In this document: piece by piece, positions 27,425 through 37,397 of the stretch
Layout of the letters: each line of letters starts with the position of its first letter
Position numbering within the stretch: position 1 is the stretch's first letter
DNA from: Eubacteriales bacterium
GTDB taxonomy: Bacteria > Bacillota > Clostridia > Oscillospirales > SIG627
Assembly (NCBI GenBank): GCA_045657125.1
Contig: JAZOSM010000002.1
Span: 1-43,319, forward strand
Length of the DNA stretch: 43,319 nucleotides
Direction: 5' to 3'
The notes under the pieces: model-generated
What the model saw: only the letters and a program-made list of their open reading frames with translations
What the model was told of the DNA's origin: nothing
The model's database searches: none
Translations under genes and position numbers: made by a program

Positions 27425-28152
27425 AATTCCTCCAAACTGCCGAAACGATAGCCTTTGCATTTCATTTGACGAATGAAATCGCTTAAGATGGCAGCGTTGG
27501 TGGCGGAGGTCGGATGCAGGAGAATGACCGCACCGTTATGGATGCGGCTTGTCAGTTTATCCATGGCGTATTCGGGACTTTTTTGATTGTTGTTATCCCA
27601 ATCTGCCCACGCCAAACTCCAGAATACCGTTCGGTAGCCAAGCGCTGAAACCGTCTCCAAAGATTCTTTGGAATAAGCTCCCTCGGGCGGACGGAAATAA
27701 GGAGAAAGATTGACTCCGCAATGTTCTCGGCAAACGTCTTCCAATTCTTTCAGCTCGGCTTTCAAAGCCTCGGCAGAAATTTTTGTGATGTTGGGATGTG
27801 TTGCGGTGTGGTTGCAGAGAAGATTTCCGTCTTTGAGAATGGTTTTGCAAAGTTCGGGGTTTGCCTGAATAAAATGCTTAAGAACAAAGAACGCGCCCGT
27901 GACCTTTTCTTCGCGAAGGGTGTTTACGATCTTTTCCACGTTTCCGTTCTCGTATCCTGCATCAAAGGTCAGATAAAGCACTTTTTCGTCTTTTCCGATG
28001 CCTTTTCCCAATCGGGAATCTACTGTGGGAAGTCCCGGGCGAATCCCTTTTCCTTTTGATGAAAAATACCAATTTTCACCGCCTTTTGCGGTGGCAAAGG
28101 AAGACGCCGAAAGTAAAATGACCGATAAGAAAAATGAGATGATTTTTTTCAT
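27412..28152 (-). CDS. pdaA: Delta-lactam-biosynthetic de-N-acetylase PdaA-like polysaccharide deacetylase
   Basis: LYLTFDAGYENG, NHTATHP, FRPPEG, FWSLAWADWD, IHNGAVILLH; start ATG 28152 after GGAGG. Confidence 0.8.
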   Translation of the reverse strand: MKKIISFFLSVILLSASSFATAKGGENWYFSSKGKGIRPGLPTVDSRLGKGIGKDEKVLYLTFDAGYENGNVEKIVNTLREEKVTGAFFVLKHFIQANPELCKTILKDGNLLCNHTATHPNITKISAEALKAELKELEDVCREHCGVNLSPYFRPPEGAYSKESLETVSALGYRTVFWSLAWADWDNNNQKSPEYAMDKLTSRIHNGAVILLHPTSATNAAILSDFIRQMKCKGYRFGSLEELWEA

Positions 28153-28243
28153 TTTCAATTCCTCCTTTACGCTTTTTATTGTTCCACGGGAGTAAAAAAA
28201 TATGATTGCCTGATTTTTTAGGCAATCACATTTTTTGGGATTT

Positions 28244-28813
28244 TTATTTGAATTTTTTGATTTCTTCCGCAATTTTTTTGAAATCCACAAGAGCATCTTC
28301 CTTTTTGGAGGGATCTCGAAGCAGGGCGGAGGGATGATAAGTAGCCATCACGCGCAGTCCTCCCAGATCGTACCAGATCCCACGTTGCTTGGTGATGCGA
28401 AAGTCGGGGGAAATGATGCGCTTTGCGGAAATTCTGCCCAGACAAACCAAAATTTTCGGTTGTAAAAGCTTTAACTGCTCACGCAGGTGGGAAAGACAGG
28501 CTTCTTCCTCCTCGGGAAGGGGATCACGGTTATGAGGCGGTCTGCATTTCAAAATATTGGCAATGTAGAAATCCTCCTCCGTCATACCGATAAATTCCAA
28601 ATACAGATCCAAAAGCTTTCCCGCCGGACCTACGAACGGCTTTCCCTCTCGATCCTCCTGCTCTCCCGGTGCTTCACCGACGAACAGAACGATGGGGGAT
28701 TCGGACCCTTTTCCGAAGACGCTTTGGGTGCGCGTGTTGCACAGAGAACAGTTTCGGCAGTCAGAGACCTTTTGCCTCAATTGTTCCATCATTTCATGAT
28801 TGGGTTGAGCCAT
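28244..28813 (-). CDS. Uracil-DNA glycosylase family 4
   Basis: CxxC, VGEAPG, PFVGPAG, KCRPPHNR, TYHPSALLR. Confidence 0.93.
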   Translation of the reverse strand: MAQPNHEMMEQLRQKVSDCRNCSLCNTRTQSVFGKGSESPIVLFVGEAPGEQEDREGKPFVGPAGKLLDLYLEFIGMTEEDFYIANILKCRPPHNRDPLPEEEEACLSHLREQLKLLQPKILVCLGRISAKRIISPDFRITKQRGIWYDLGGLRVMATYHPSALLRDPSKKEDALVDFKKIAEEIKKFK

Positions 28814-29303
28814 ACAAAAGCCTTTCTTTCCAATGGATTTTTTGACAGCGGGAATTTAGAAATACCAAGGAGGGAACTTTAATTTTTTCGCCGAATTCAA
28901 AAAATAAAGGCGGCGCGTCCTTCTCGGAAATCAGAACGTAAAATTTGCTTTTTTTCGTATCTTTCCAAACCTGGCAATCAAGGGGGTGTTTGTTGTGGCT
29001 GAGGGCGTGATAAAAGCCGTCGAAATCTGAGAAACAAAAGCAAATGCTTCGCTGTTCCTTTTCCAGCTTCGTTACAAATAATTCGCATCCGCCTTGATCT
29101 GTGGGATAAAACTGTATGTAGATTTTTTCTCCGGTCGCATCAAAGCCCGTTTCGCGTCGTGCCTTGTCAAACAGTTCCCAAATCACCCGTTTGCCGTGGG
29201 CTGAATCGTAGTCCAATTCTTCTGCGGTAATGGAGAAGGAAGCAAGATCCTCTTTGGTAAGGCGGATTCTGATCTCACTTTCTCCTTGTCGGTATAATTT
29301 CAT
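28794..29303 (-). CDS. mecA: Adaptor protein MecA-like
   Basis: MKL...IRIRLTKEDL, IYIQFYP..GGCELFVTK, FSDFD, EFGEKI. Confidence 0.7.
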   Translation of the reverse strand: MKLYRQGESEIRIRLTKEDLASFSITAEELDYDSAHGKRVIWELFDKARRETGFDATGEKIYIQFYPTDQGGCELFVTKLEKEQRSICFCFSDFDGFYHALSHNKHPLDCQVWKDTKKSKFYVLISEKDAPPLFFEFGEKIKVPSLVFLNSRCQKIHWKERLLYGSTQS

Positions 29304-29462
29304 GGCTTTTCCTCGCTTTTTCTTTCTATTACAGTATAAGCGAAAAAAACGTTTTGGCAACCGAAAGATATTGGCAGATCCGTCACTTTTTTCCAATTCT
29401 AAAACACAAACGAAAAAAATGCAATCTTTTTTGGAAAAATAGGCGCTTTTTCAATGAATTGA

Positions 29463-29491
29463 TTGACAAAAAGTTCCATCTCCCTTAAAAT
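29463..29491 (+). promoter_or_regulatory. sigmaA promoter of ABC operon
   Basis: TTGACA-17 bp-TAAAAT. Confidence 0.65.
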
Positions 29492-29529
29492 GGAGTATGG
29501 AAAGAAATGATAAAAAAGGATTGATGTGT

Positions 29530-31824
29530 ATGAAGATAAAACTTCCGGAAGAAGTCATAACGGCTTTCCGTAAAAAAGGAATCCTTGCAGACGAAGCACT
29601 GTTTTTTCTGAAAACCGATATGGGACGGGAACAGTTGTATTGCGATGCCTATACTTTGGTAACCGAAGAGGGGATCGCTACGCTGTTTTGTCTCGACGTT
29701 TTGAAAGAGAAAAAAGGTGCTTCTTTGTTTTCACCCCGTAAGAGTGAATCGGCATTGCGGGAACTAGACTACCGATATATTCCCCTGGATGAGGTAAAGT
29801 CCATTCAGTGTGAGGAACTTTTGTCGGTTCTTCGGTTGATTGTGACGCGCACGGACGGGCAGGACGAGGTTTTGTTTTACACCACAGCCGCCTGCCGCAA
29901 AAAGGCTTTTTCCTTTATAGAGCGTTTTCAAGCCTGGCGAGAAACGGGTAAGCTTCCTCAGGAAAAACGTGAACGTGGCGGAGTTTGCCCCAAGTGCCAC
30001 CGTCCTTACGACGATCCCGAGAAAAAAATCTGCAATCACTGTGTTAGCAAGATGGGGCTTGTTCGAAAACTCATCCCCTTTTTCATTCGCTATCGCGTTC
30101 AAATCGCACTTGTATTTTTAACGGTTTTGTTTTCTTCCGCGCTGAGTGTAATTACGCCTTATCTGAACAGTAAGGTCCTTTACGACGAGGTGCTTTCTCC
30201 GGATTCACCCCGTTACGGTGCCGTGCTTTTTCTGGTGCTTTCCATTGCTCTTGCAGGTCTTTTGCGAGCGTTTGTTACCACCGTCAACGGCATCATCGGT
30301 GCAAAGGTTTCTGCATACGTTTCCTGCGACTTAAAAAAGACGATTTTTTCATCCTTTGAACGCTTGTCGTACTCCTTTTTCACGTCCCGTCATACGGGCA
30401 GACTGATCACGCAGATCAACTCCGACGCAGAAACTCTGTATTGGTTTTTCTGTGACGGCGTACCGTATTTTTTGACCAATGTGATCCAAATGATCGGCAT
30501 TGCCGTGGTGATGTTTACCATCCACGTGCCCTTGACGATTTTGATTTTGATTCCCATTCCCATTATGTTTATCGGGTACGTTTTGGTACTGCGTATGTTC
30601 CGCAGACTCCACGCGGAAAACCACGCGCACCGTTCCCGTTTCAACGGAATTTTATCCGACGTTTTGGGCGGTATGCGTATCGTAAAGGCGTTTTCCCGTG
30701 AACAGCAGGAAATTGAGCGTTTTGATGATAAAAGCCGTCGTCTTTCCGCATCCAAATTGGAAATCGATGTGAAGAACCACACCATCTTTCCTTTGTTGAA
30801 TTTGGGAATTCGCTTAAGCGTTTATTTGGTTTGGGGCTTCGGCGGATATTTCGTTTTGAAGGAACTTGCAAATCCCGGAAGCGGTATCAGCTACGGCGTT
30901 TTAAACCTGTTTATCAGTTATCTTGCAATGCTTTACACCCCGTTGAATTTCTTCGCGAACTTCCTAAGCCATATGGCAAACGGAATGAATGCGCTTCAGC
31001 GCTTGTTCAGTATTATGGAGGCAGAGCCTGACGTAAAGGAAAAGGAGAATGCCACGAGCCTTGAAAAGGTGCGCGGAGAGGTGGTTTTTGACCACGTGAA
31101 TTTCTCATATACTCCCGGCAAGAAAACCATTCAGGACGTTTCTTTCCGCGTGGAGGCGGGGAAATCTCTCGGTATTGTAGGTCATACGGGCGCGGGAAAA
31201 AGTACCCTGGCAAATCTTTTGACCCGTCTGTACGACGTTGAAAGCGGATCGGTTTCCATCGACGGAGTCAATCTGAAAGATTTGACCATCAAAACACTCC
31301 GCGACCACGTTGCCATCGTATCGCAGGAAACGTATCTGTTCCGCGGAAGCATTATGGATAACATCCGCTATGCATCACCCGAAGCTACGGAGGAAGAAGT
31401 TCTTGCCGCATCCAAAGCGGCAGGCTGTCACGACTTTATTATGTCTTTCCCCGACGGCTACGATACGCAGGTGGGAACGGACAAAAAGATGCTTTCCGGC
31501 GGTGAAAAGCAACGCGTTTCCATTGCCCGTGCAATTTTAAAAGACCCTGCCATTTTGATTCTGGACGAAGCTACCGCTGCCATGGATACCAAGACGGAGC
31601 GAAAAATCCAGGAGGCTCTGCGGGTCATTTCCCAAAACCGCACTACCATTACCATTGCCCACCGTCTTTCCACCCTGCGCGATGCAGATCATTTGATTGT
31701 CATTGAAGACGGAAAAATGGTGGAAAGCGGCACCCACGAAGAACTTTTGCAGCGTGACGGAGTTTATAAAAAACTCTATACGCTCCAAATGGAAGCACTG
31801 AAAACCATTGGTATCGAAGAATAG
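29530..31824 (+). CDS. ABC exporter (TMD+NBD) with N-terminal extension and zinc ribbon
   Basis: CPKC-x11-CNHC, TM domain, GHTGAGKST, LSGGEKQR, ILILDEAT, IAHRLST. Start uncertain (29497/29524/29530). Confidence 0.9.
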   Translation: MKIKLPEEVITAFRKKGILADEALFFLKTDMGREQLYCDAYTLVTEEGIATLFCLDVLKEKKGASLFSPRKSESALRELDYRYIPLDEVKSIQCEELLSVLRLIVTRTDGQDEVLFYTTAACRKKAFSFIERFQAWRETGKLPQEKRERGGVCPKCHRPYDDPEKKICNHCVSKMGLVRKLIPFFIRYRVQIALVFLTVLFSSALSVITPYLNSKVLYDEVLSPDSPRYGAVLFLVLSIALAGLLRAFVTTVNGIIGAKVSAYVSCDLKKTIFSSFERLSYSFFTSRHTGRLITQINSDAETLYWFFCDGVPYFLTNVIQMIGIAVVMFTIHVPLTILILIPIPIMFIGYVLVLRMFRRLHAENHAHRSRFNGILSDVLGGMRIVKAFSREQQEIERFDDKSRRLSASKLEIDVKNHTIFPLLNLGIRLSVYLVWGFGGYFVLKELANPGSGISYGVLNLFISYLAMLYTPLNFFANFLSHMANGMNALQRLFSIMEAEPDVKEKENATSLEKVRGEVVFDHVNFSYTPGKKTIQDVSFRVEAGKSLGIVGHTGAGKSTLANLLTRLYDVESGSVSIDGVNLKDLTIKTLRDHVAIVSQETYLFRGSIMDNIRYASPEATEEEVLAASKAAGCHDFIMSFPDGYDTQVGTDKKMLSGGEKQRVSIARAILKDPAILILDEATAAMDTKTERKIQEALRVISQNRTTITIAHRLSTLRDADHLIVIEDGKMVESGTHEELLQRDGVYKKLYTLQMEALKTIGIEE

Positions 31825-31832
31825 GAGGCGTT

Positions 31833-32345
31833 ATGATACAAGGCTTGGAAAAAATTACCGATTCTTTTTTGATTGATCGCGAAAATACCACGTTTTATGC
31901 CTCGCCCACAGGTCTTTTGATGGTGAAAATCCCCGAGAAGAACTATGAGGGAAGAGCTTTTCTTGCTTTGGCGTTCCCTTTCAAAACCGAGGAAAATTAC
32001 GTTTGCGTGCAAAACGAGGAGCACGAAGAATTGGGAATGATTCGTTCCCTGTCGCTTTTGGATGAATCCGCCGCGGCACTTTGTCGCGAGGAACTGAAAA
32101 AGAAGTATTTCGCACCAAAGATTTTGAAGATTGTGAAAATCAGCGAGCGTTTCGGCTCCAGCTATTGGGATTGCGAAACCGACTACGGTATGAAAAAGTT
32201 TACGGTCAAGGATCCCCACAGAAGCATTTTGCGTTTGGGCGAGGATCGCGCTTTCGTGGTGGACGTAGACGGATGCCGCTACGAAATTGAGAGTCTGAAA
32301 GGAATGGACAAAAAGAGCCATTCCAAAATCGAACTATATCTGTAA
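31833..32345 (+). CDS. DUF1854 domain-containing protein
   Basis: AFPF, ELGMI, YFAPKI, WDCETDYG, DVDGCRYEI; typical position beside this ABC class. Confidence 0.8.
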   Translation: MIQGLEKITDSFLIDRENTTFYASPTGLLMVKIPEKNYEGRAFLALAFPFKTEENYVCVQNEEHEELGMIRSLSLLDESAAALCREELKKKYFAPKILKIVKISERFGSSYWDCETDYGMKKFTVKDPHRSILRLGEDRAFVVDVDGCRYEIESLKGMDKKSHSKIELYL

Positions 32346-32360
32346 TCGGAGAAAAGAAGA

Positions 32361-34604
32361 TTGGATAATCAAATTTTGATGGAACATGTCAAAAAGCTTT
32401 TGGAACGCGACCACGGTGATCGCGTGATTTTCCACCTCACCTCGAATTTGAATCAAAAAGGAGAGGGTAGGGAAAACCTCGTTTTGTTTGGTACAAAGGG
32501 CGTTTACGTCTATTGCGCGGAGACCGAGTCAATTTCCGTCTATCTGTTTGAGAAAATGGAGGACGTCCGCTACGAGACCTTTATGGGCGGAGGTACCTGC
32601 GTTGTTTTCTACGACGGACAGTGGGCGGAGCTTTGTCGCGCTTTCGGTTCCGAAAAGGAAAATCTTTCTCAGCTGACCCGCATTCTCAAAGAGGTACTTG
32701 ACGGTGTGTTAAAGCCGGAGGAGGCTTCCTTTACGGAGCGCCATACCGTTTGCCCGAAATGCCGCCGTCCTTTGGGAAAGGGCAGTCAGGTCTGCCCCAA
32801 TTGCTCGGATAAAAAAGGGTCCGTGAAACAGCTTTTGCAGTTGATTCGCGGTCAGTACGGCTGGATTGCCTTGTCGATGCTTCTCTTTTTCGTGCACTCC
32901 CTGCTGAACGTGCTTTTGCCGATGATTCAGGGAACTTTTGTGGACGATTATTTGACTACAAATACCCCCGACGCCTTTTTGAAGGACTATATGCCTGCGG
33001 TTTTGGTGGTCGTATCCATGGCGGTAATTCGAATCTCCGTCGTTCTATCTACGATTTTCAGAAACGTCATTTTGTCTAAAATCAGTACCAAAACCGTAAT
33101 AGAACTTCGCCGCAGACTTTATGAAAAAATTCAGTCCCTGTCCGTTGCGGGAATTTCCCGACATACCGCAGGTGACCTGATGAATCGCGTCTCGGGCGAT
33201 ACCACTACCATCGCGCAATTTATGACGGAGTTTTTGCCCTCGATTCTCGAGCAGCTTTTCGTTGTGATTTTCGTAGGCGCCGTGCTCTTTTCCTACTCGG
33301 TGAAAATGGCGCTGATGATTTTGATTCCCACACCGTTCGTTGCCATTTTGTTCCGCATCGTTTGGCGTAAGACCCACCGTTTGTACCACCGTCATTGGGT
33401 GGAAAATTCCAACGTCAATACGATTCTTCACGACGTGTTCCAGGGCGTTCGCGTGGTCAAGGTGTTCGGAACGGAGAAAAACGAGATCGATAAATACGAT
33501 CGGGCGGTTCAGGCACAGCGTGATATTGCCGTTCGCAACGAAATTGCCTGGGCGAAGCTTGTTCCTTACGCGGAATATTTGATTCAGGTGGGTAATTTTA
33601 TTTTGCTCTACTATGCAGGCAACGAAATTTTAAAGGAAAATATGACCATCGGTCAGTTGACGATGTTTTCCTCTTTCGTCAGCTTGATCTATACACCTTT
33701 GCGCTCCATGGCAAGTTATCCTCGGAGAATCCAGCGGGCAGCAACGGCTGTTGCAAAGGTGTTCGAGGTGCTTGACGAAGAACCTGACGTGGCGGATAAA
33801 AAGGATGCCGTGGACGTTGATATCCGCGGACAAATTGACATTGACGGCATTTGGTTCGGTTATGACGAAAACGAAAACGTTTTGGAAAACGTCAGCGTTT
33901 CCGTTTCCCCCGGTGAAATGCTGGGAATTGTAGGCAGAAGCGGTGTCGGAAAAAGTACGCTGATCAATTTGGTGATGCGTCTGTACGACGTTCAGCGCGG
34001 TTCCATTCGCATCGACGGAATGGACGTGCGGGATATTTCTCAGCACTCTCTGCGCTCGCAGATCGGTGTGGTTCTTCAGGAAACCTTCCTGTTTGCAGGC
34101 TCGATTTACGAGAACCTGGCGTATGCAAAGCCTGACGCTACTTACGAGGAGGTCATTTCCGCCGCAAGGCTTGGCGGCGCCCACTCCTTTATTATGAAGC
34201 TTCCCGACGGCTACGATACCGTCGTAGGAGAAAAGGGATATACCCTGTCCGGCGGTGAACGGCAAAGAATTGCCATTGCCCGCGCCATTCTGCACGACCC
34301 CAAGATTCTGATTTTGGATGAAGCGACTTCCGCATTGGATACGGAAACGGAAAAACTGATTCAGGAATCCTTGGCTTATCTGTGCAAAAATCGTACGACA
34401 ATTGCCATCGCCCACCGTCTTTCCACCCTGCGAAATGCCACCAAGCTTTTGGTTTTGGATAAAAAGACCGTTGCGGAAGTGGGAAGCCACGAGGAACTGA
34501 TGGAGAAGGAAGACGGCATCTACAAGTCGCTGGTTATTGCTCAGCGCGAAATGTCCCGCGTAAAAAAGACAGATGTTTCCGAGGGACAAACAAATAACGA
34601 TTGA
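32361..34604 (+). CDS. ABC exporter (TMD+NBD) with N-terminal extension and zinc ribbon
   Basis: CPKC-x10-CPNC, GRSGVGKST, LSGGERQR, ILILDEATS, IAHRLST. Confidence 0.9.
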   Translation: MDNQILMEHVKKLLERDHGDRVIFHLTSNLNQKGEGRENLVLFGTKGVYVYCAETESISVYLFEKMEDVRYETFMGGGTCVVFYDGQWAELCRAFGSEKENLSQLTRILKEVLDGVLKPEEASFTERHTVCPKCRRPLGKGSQVCPNCSDKKGSVKQLLQLIRGQYGWIALSMLLFFVHSLLNVLLPMIQGTFVDDYLTTNTPDAFLKDYMPAVLVVVSMAVIRISVVLSTIFRNVILSKISTKTVIELRRRLYEKIQSLSVAGISRHTAGDLMNRVSGDTTTIAQFMTEFLPSILEQLFVVIFVGAVLFSYSVKMALMILIPTPFVAILFRIVWRKTHRLYHRHWVENSNVNTILHDVFQGVRVVKVFGTEKNEIDKYDRAVQAQRDIAVRNEIAWAKLVPYAEYLIQVGNFILLYYAGNEILKENMTIGQLTMFSSFVSLIYTPLRSMASYPRRIQRAATAVAKVFEVLDEEPDVADKKDAVDVDIRGQIDIDGIWFGYDENENVLENVSVSVSPGEMLGIVGRSGVGKSTLINLVMRLYDVQRGSIRIDGMDVRDISQHSLRSQIGVVLQETFLFAGSIYENLAYAKPDATYEEVISAARLGGAHSFIMKLPDGYDTVVGEKGYTLSGGERQRIAIARAILHDPKILILDEATSALDTETEKLIQESLAYLCKNRTTIAIAHRLSTLRNATKLLVLDKKTVAEVGSHEELMEKEDGIYKSLVIAQREMSRVKKTDVSEGQTNND

Positions 34605-34628
34605 CAAGTCATTCTTTTTGTGTATAAT
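34601..34628 (+). promoter_or_regulatory. sigmaA promoter of glyQS
   Basis: TTGACA-16 bp-TATAAT. Confidence 0.7.
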
Positions 34629-34679
34629 AGATAGGAGTTTCACCCGATCTCCAGTCGGGGAAGAAAGAGAGGAATAAAA

Positions 34680-36071
34680 ATGAAAAACACAGAAAAAACA
34701 ATGGACAAAATCGTTGCTCTTTGCAAGGGCAGAGGTTTTGTATATCCCGGCAGCGAAATCTACGGCGGTCTTGCCAACTCTTGGGACTACGGTCCTCTCG
34801 GCGTTGAACTGAAGAACAACGTTAAAAGAGCTTGGTGGAAGAAATTCGTTCAGGAAAGCCCCTACAACGTAGGTCTTGACAGTGCAATCCTGATGAACCC
34901 CCAGACTTGGGTGGCATCCGGTCACGTAGGCGGTTTCTCCGATCCTTTGATGGACTGCAAAGTTTGTAAGACTCGTCACAGAGCAGACAAGCTGGTAGAG
35001 GATTATATTGCCGAAAACGGATTGGATATCAATCCCAACGGCTGGGACAACAATAAACTTGCCGATTTTATTAAGGAAAATCACATCGTTTGTCCTTCCT
35101 GCGGTTCCGGTGACTTTACCGATATCCGTAAGTTCAATCTGATGTTCAAAACCTTCCAGGGCGTTACCGAGGACTCCACTTCCGAGCTTTACCTCCGTCC
35201 TGAAACCGCACAGGGTATTTTCGTAAACTTCAAGCACATTCAGCGTACCACCAGAAAGAAGGTTCCCTTCGGTGTAGGTCAGATCGGTAAATCCTTCCGT
35301 AACGAAATCACCCCCGGTAACTTTATTTTCCGTATTCGCGAATTTGAGCAGATGGAGCTTGAATTCTTCTGCAAGCCCGGTACTGACCTTGAGTGGTTTG
35401 CATATTGGAGAAGCTATTGTGCAAAGTTCCTGTATGATCTTGGCATTGCCGAGGAAAATCTCCGTCTCCGCGACCACGATCAGGATGAATTGAGCTTCTA
35501 TTCCAAGGCAACCACTGACTTTGAATTTATGTTCCCCTTCGGATGGGGCGAGCTTTGGGGCATTGCTGACAGAACCGACTACGACCTGACTCAGCACGCA
35601 AATCACTCCGGTGAACCTATGGAATACTTTGATCCCGAGTCCGGCGAAAAGTACGTTCCTTACGTTATCGAGCCTTCTCTGGGCGCAGACCGTATCACCC
35701 TCGCATTCCTTTGTGAAGCTTACGACGAAGAGGTTGTCGGCGAGAACGATACCCGTGTCGTGATGCACTTCCATCCCGCCCTGGCTCCCGTGAAAGCGGC
35801 GATTCTGCCCCTTTCTAAGAAGCTTTCCGACAAGGCGCGCGAATTGTATGCTGACCTTGCTACCGAGTTCAACGTAGAGTTTGACGAAGCAGGTTCCATT
35901 GGTAAGCGCTACCGCCGTCAGGATGAGATCGGTACTCCTTTCTGTATTACTTACGACTTCGATACCGAGACCGACGGATGCGTTACGGTTCGTGACCGTG
36001 ATTCCATGGAGCAGGTTCGTATTCCCGTTGCAGAGGTAAAGGCTTATATCGCCGAGAGAATCAAGTTCTGA
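34680..36071 (+). CDS. glyQS: Glycine--tRNA ligase (alpha2 type)
   Basis: [57 protein letters not shown]. Confidence 0.97.
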   Translation: MKNTEKTMDKIVALCKGRGFVYPGSEIYGGLANSWDYGPLGVELKNNVKRAWWKKFVQESPYNVGLDSAILMNPQTWVASGHVGGFSDPLMDCKVCKTRHRADKLVEDYIAENGLDINPNGWDNNKLADFIKENHIVCPSCGSGDFTDIRKFNLMFKTFQGVTEDSTSELYLRPETAQGIFVNFKHIQRTTRKKVPFGVGQIGKSFRNEITPGNFIFRIREFEQMELEFFCKPGTDLEWFAYWRSYCAKFLYDLGIAEENLRLRDHDQDELSFYSKATTDFEFMFPFGWGELWGIADRTDYDLTQHANHSGEPMEYFDPESGEKYVPYVIEPSLGADRITLAFLCEAYDEEVVGENDTRVVMHFHPALAPVKAAILPLSKKLSDKARELYADLATEFNVEFDEAGSIGKRYRRQDEIGTPFCITYDFDTETDGCVTVRDRDSMEQVRIPVAEVKAYIAERIKF

Positions 36072-36080
36072 TTGCAAAAC

Positions 36081-36117
36081 AAAATGGCTTGACAGATTTT
36101 CTGTCAAGCCATTTTTT
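36081..36117. terminator. Bidirectional terminator
   Basis: AAAATGGCTTGACAGA-TTT-TCTGTCAAGCCATTTT. Confidence 0.85.
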
Positions 36118-36640
36118 CTATTCCGTAGGTGCCGCTGACGGGATCGAGAAACAATCCGATTTCGGGCGGATAAAAGGTGAAAATCACAAAAAGAACTGCG
36201 ATTCCGCAAAGAATTACAAGAGACAAAAGGGAAAAACGGCAGGGAAGCGCAGGCGTTGAAAGCAGCTTTGCTCCGCGGCGATATGCAAAGAATGCCGAAA
36301 TAAAGAAAATCGAAATGTTGAGCCAATCGGGGGATTTACCGACCGCGCCGTTATAGGTGTAGAAAAGAACGGGAATGAGGGTCAGCCCTGTCAAAATGCT
36401 TTGAAGCTGAACGCACCAAAAATCCTTCCGATCCCCGTAAAAGAAATATTGAACCGCCGCAAACAGCAGCATGGGGAAAAACAAAAGTTTCATGTGTTCC
36501 CAAGTGGATTCGTTGACCCCCGAAACAACCGAAGCCCAAAACTTTTTTCCACTCAGCTCATACAAAAAGTGTAAAAATGTTCCCGCCAGACTTGTAAAAG
36601 CAAATCCTCCCAAACCCCAAAGAAAATTCTCTTTTTTCAT
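36104..36640 (-). CDS. DUF6512-like membrane protein
   Basis: GTFLHFLYE, VNESTWEHMKL, FYTYNG, FTFYPP..LFLDP; RBS GAGGTG. Confidence 0.7.
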   Translation of the reverse strand: MKKENFLWGLGGFAFTSLAGTFLHFLYELSGKKFWASVVSGVNESTWEHMKLLFFPMLLFAAVQYFFYGDRKDFWCVQLQSILTGLTLIPVLFYTYNGAVGKSPDWLNISIFFISAFFAYRRGAKLLSTPALPCRFSLLSLVILCGIAVLFVIFTFYPPEIGLFLDPVSGTYGIEKMA

Positions 36641-36750
36641 ATCGCACCTCACAGCTTCTCTTTGAGAAAAGTGTATTCCGCGGCGCAAAAATTATACCTG
36701 CTTTATTGAATAGACAAAGTTTGGTATAAACTTTTTGTTTTGCTCAAAGA

Positions 36751-36786
36751 AAAAAGGAAGCACGATTTTTTCGTGCTTCCTTTTTG
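36751..36786. terminator. Intrinsic terminator
   Basis: AAAAAGGAAGCACGA-TTTT-TCGTGCTTCCTTTTT. Confidence 0.75.
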
Positions 36787-36791
36787 TCAAT

Positions 36792-37388
36792 TTATGCTCT
36801 GTGAAAGAGGTACAGGGCGGGGTTTCGGTTGGAGATTTCTTTTTCAAGAACCTCGGGGGCACAAAGGGCGATGTAGCCTGCTTTGACTTCCACCTTGCCT
36901 TTTCTGCCTTCCTCCTCGTAGATGCCTTCCTCGTAAGCAGGGTCTAAAATGGCAAGTCGTCCGTCCGGCTCGATTCCGATTACCACGATATAGTGTCCCA
37001 CGTGGCTGAATACGCCCGTGTAGCCCTCGCGGTCACCGCCTACGTTTGCTGCGGCAACTCCGCCGGTACGCAGACATTCAAACAGTTTTTCCATATCGGT
37101 GGTTGCTTCAAAGGTCAAGCCGTAGCGCTGTGCAAACAAAGGTCCGAATTTTGGGTAATTGGTACCGAATCTGCGATTGGCGCCGCTTTCAATGGAAATT
37201 TCCATTGCTTTTTCCAAATCAAAATCACAGTTCGGGAGAAGTCTGTCTGCGATCATTACCGCAGAGCAAAGACCGCATCCCGAGGTTTTCACCGTGGTTT
37301 TCTTTCCTTCTTCCCGTGCTTCGCCCTCCAGGTCGCATCCTGTGACGTAAAGCATATCGGGATATTGCAATTGATTAACGTACTTCAT
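36792..37388 (-). CDS. C39-like cysteine peptidase
   Basis: YVNQ, SGCGLCSAVM, GHYIVV, ILDP (Q/C/H/D set). Confidence 0.8.
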   Translation of the reverse strand: MKYVNQLQYPDMLYVTGCDLEGEAREEGKKTTVKTSGCGLCSAVMIADRLLPNCDFDLEKAMEISIESGANRRFGTNYPKFGPLFAQRYGLTFEATTDMEKLFECLRTGGVAAANVGGDREGYTGVFSHVGHYIVVIGIEPDGRLAILDPAYEEGIYEEEGRKGKVEVKAGYIALCAPEVLEKEISNRNPALYLFHRA

Positions 37389-37397
37389 AAGAACTCC

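Noticed and set aside
33630-36326. 898-aa antisense ORF
   Set aside because: Antisense shadow of glyQS and the ABC gene; no protein-like motifs.
36792-37388. C39 peptidase as part of a bacteriocin export system with the ABC pair or the YxxP peptide
   Set aside because: It is a stand-alone C39-like protein in a different operon, and no double-glycine precursor is seen nearby.
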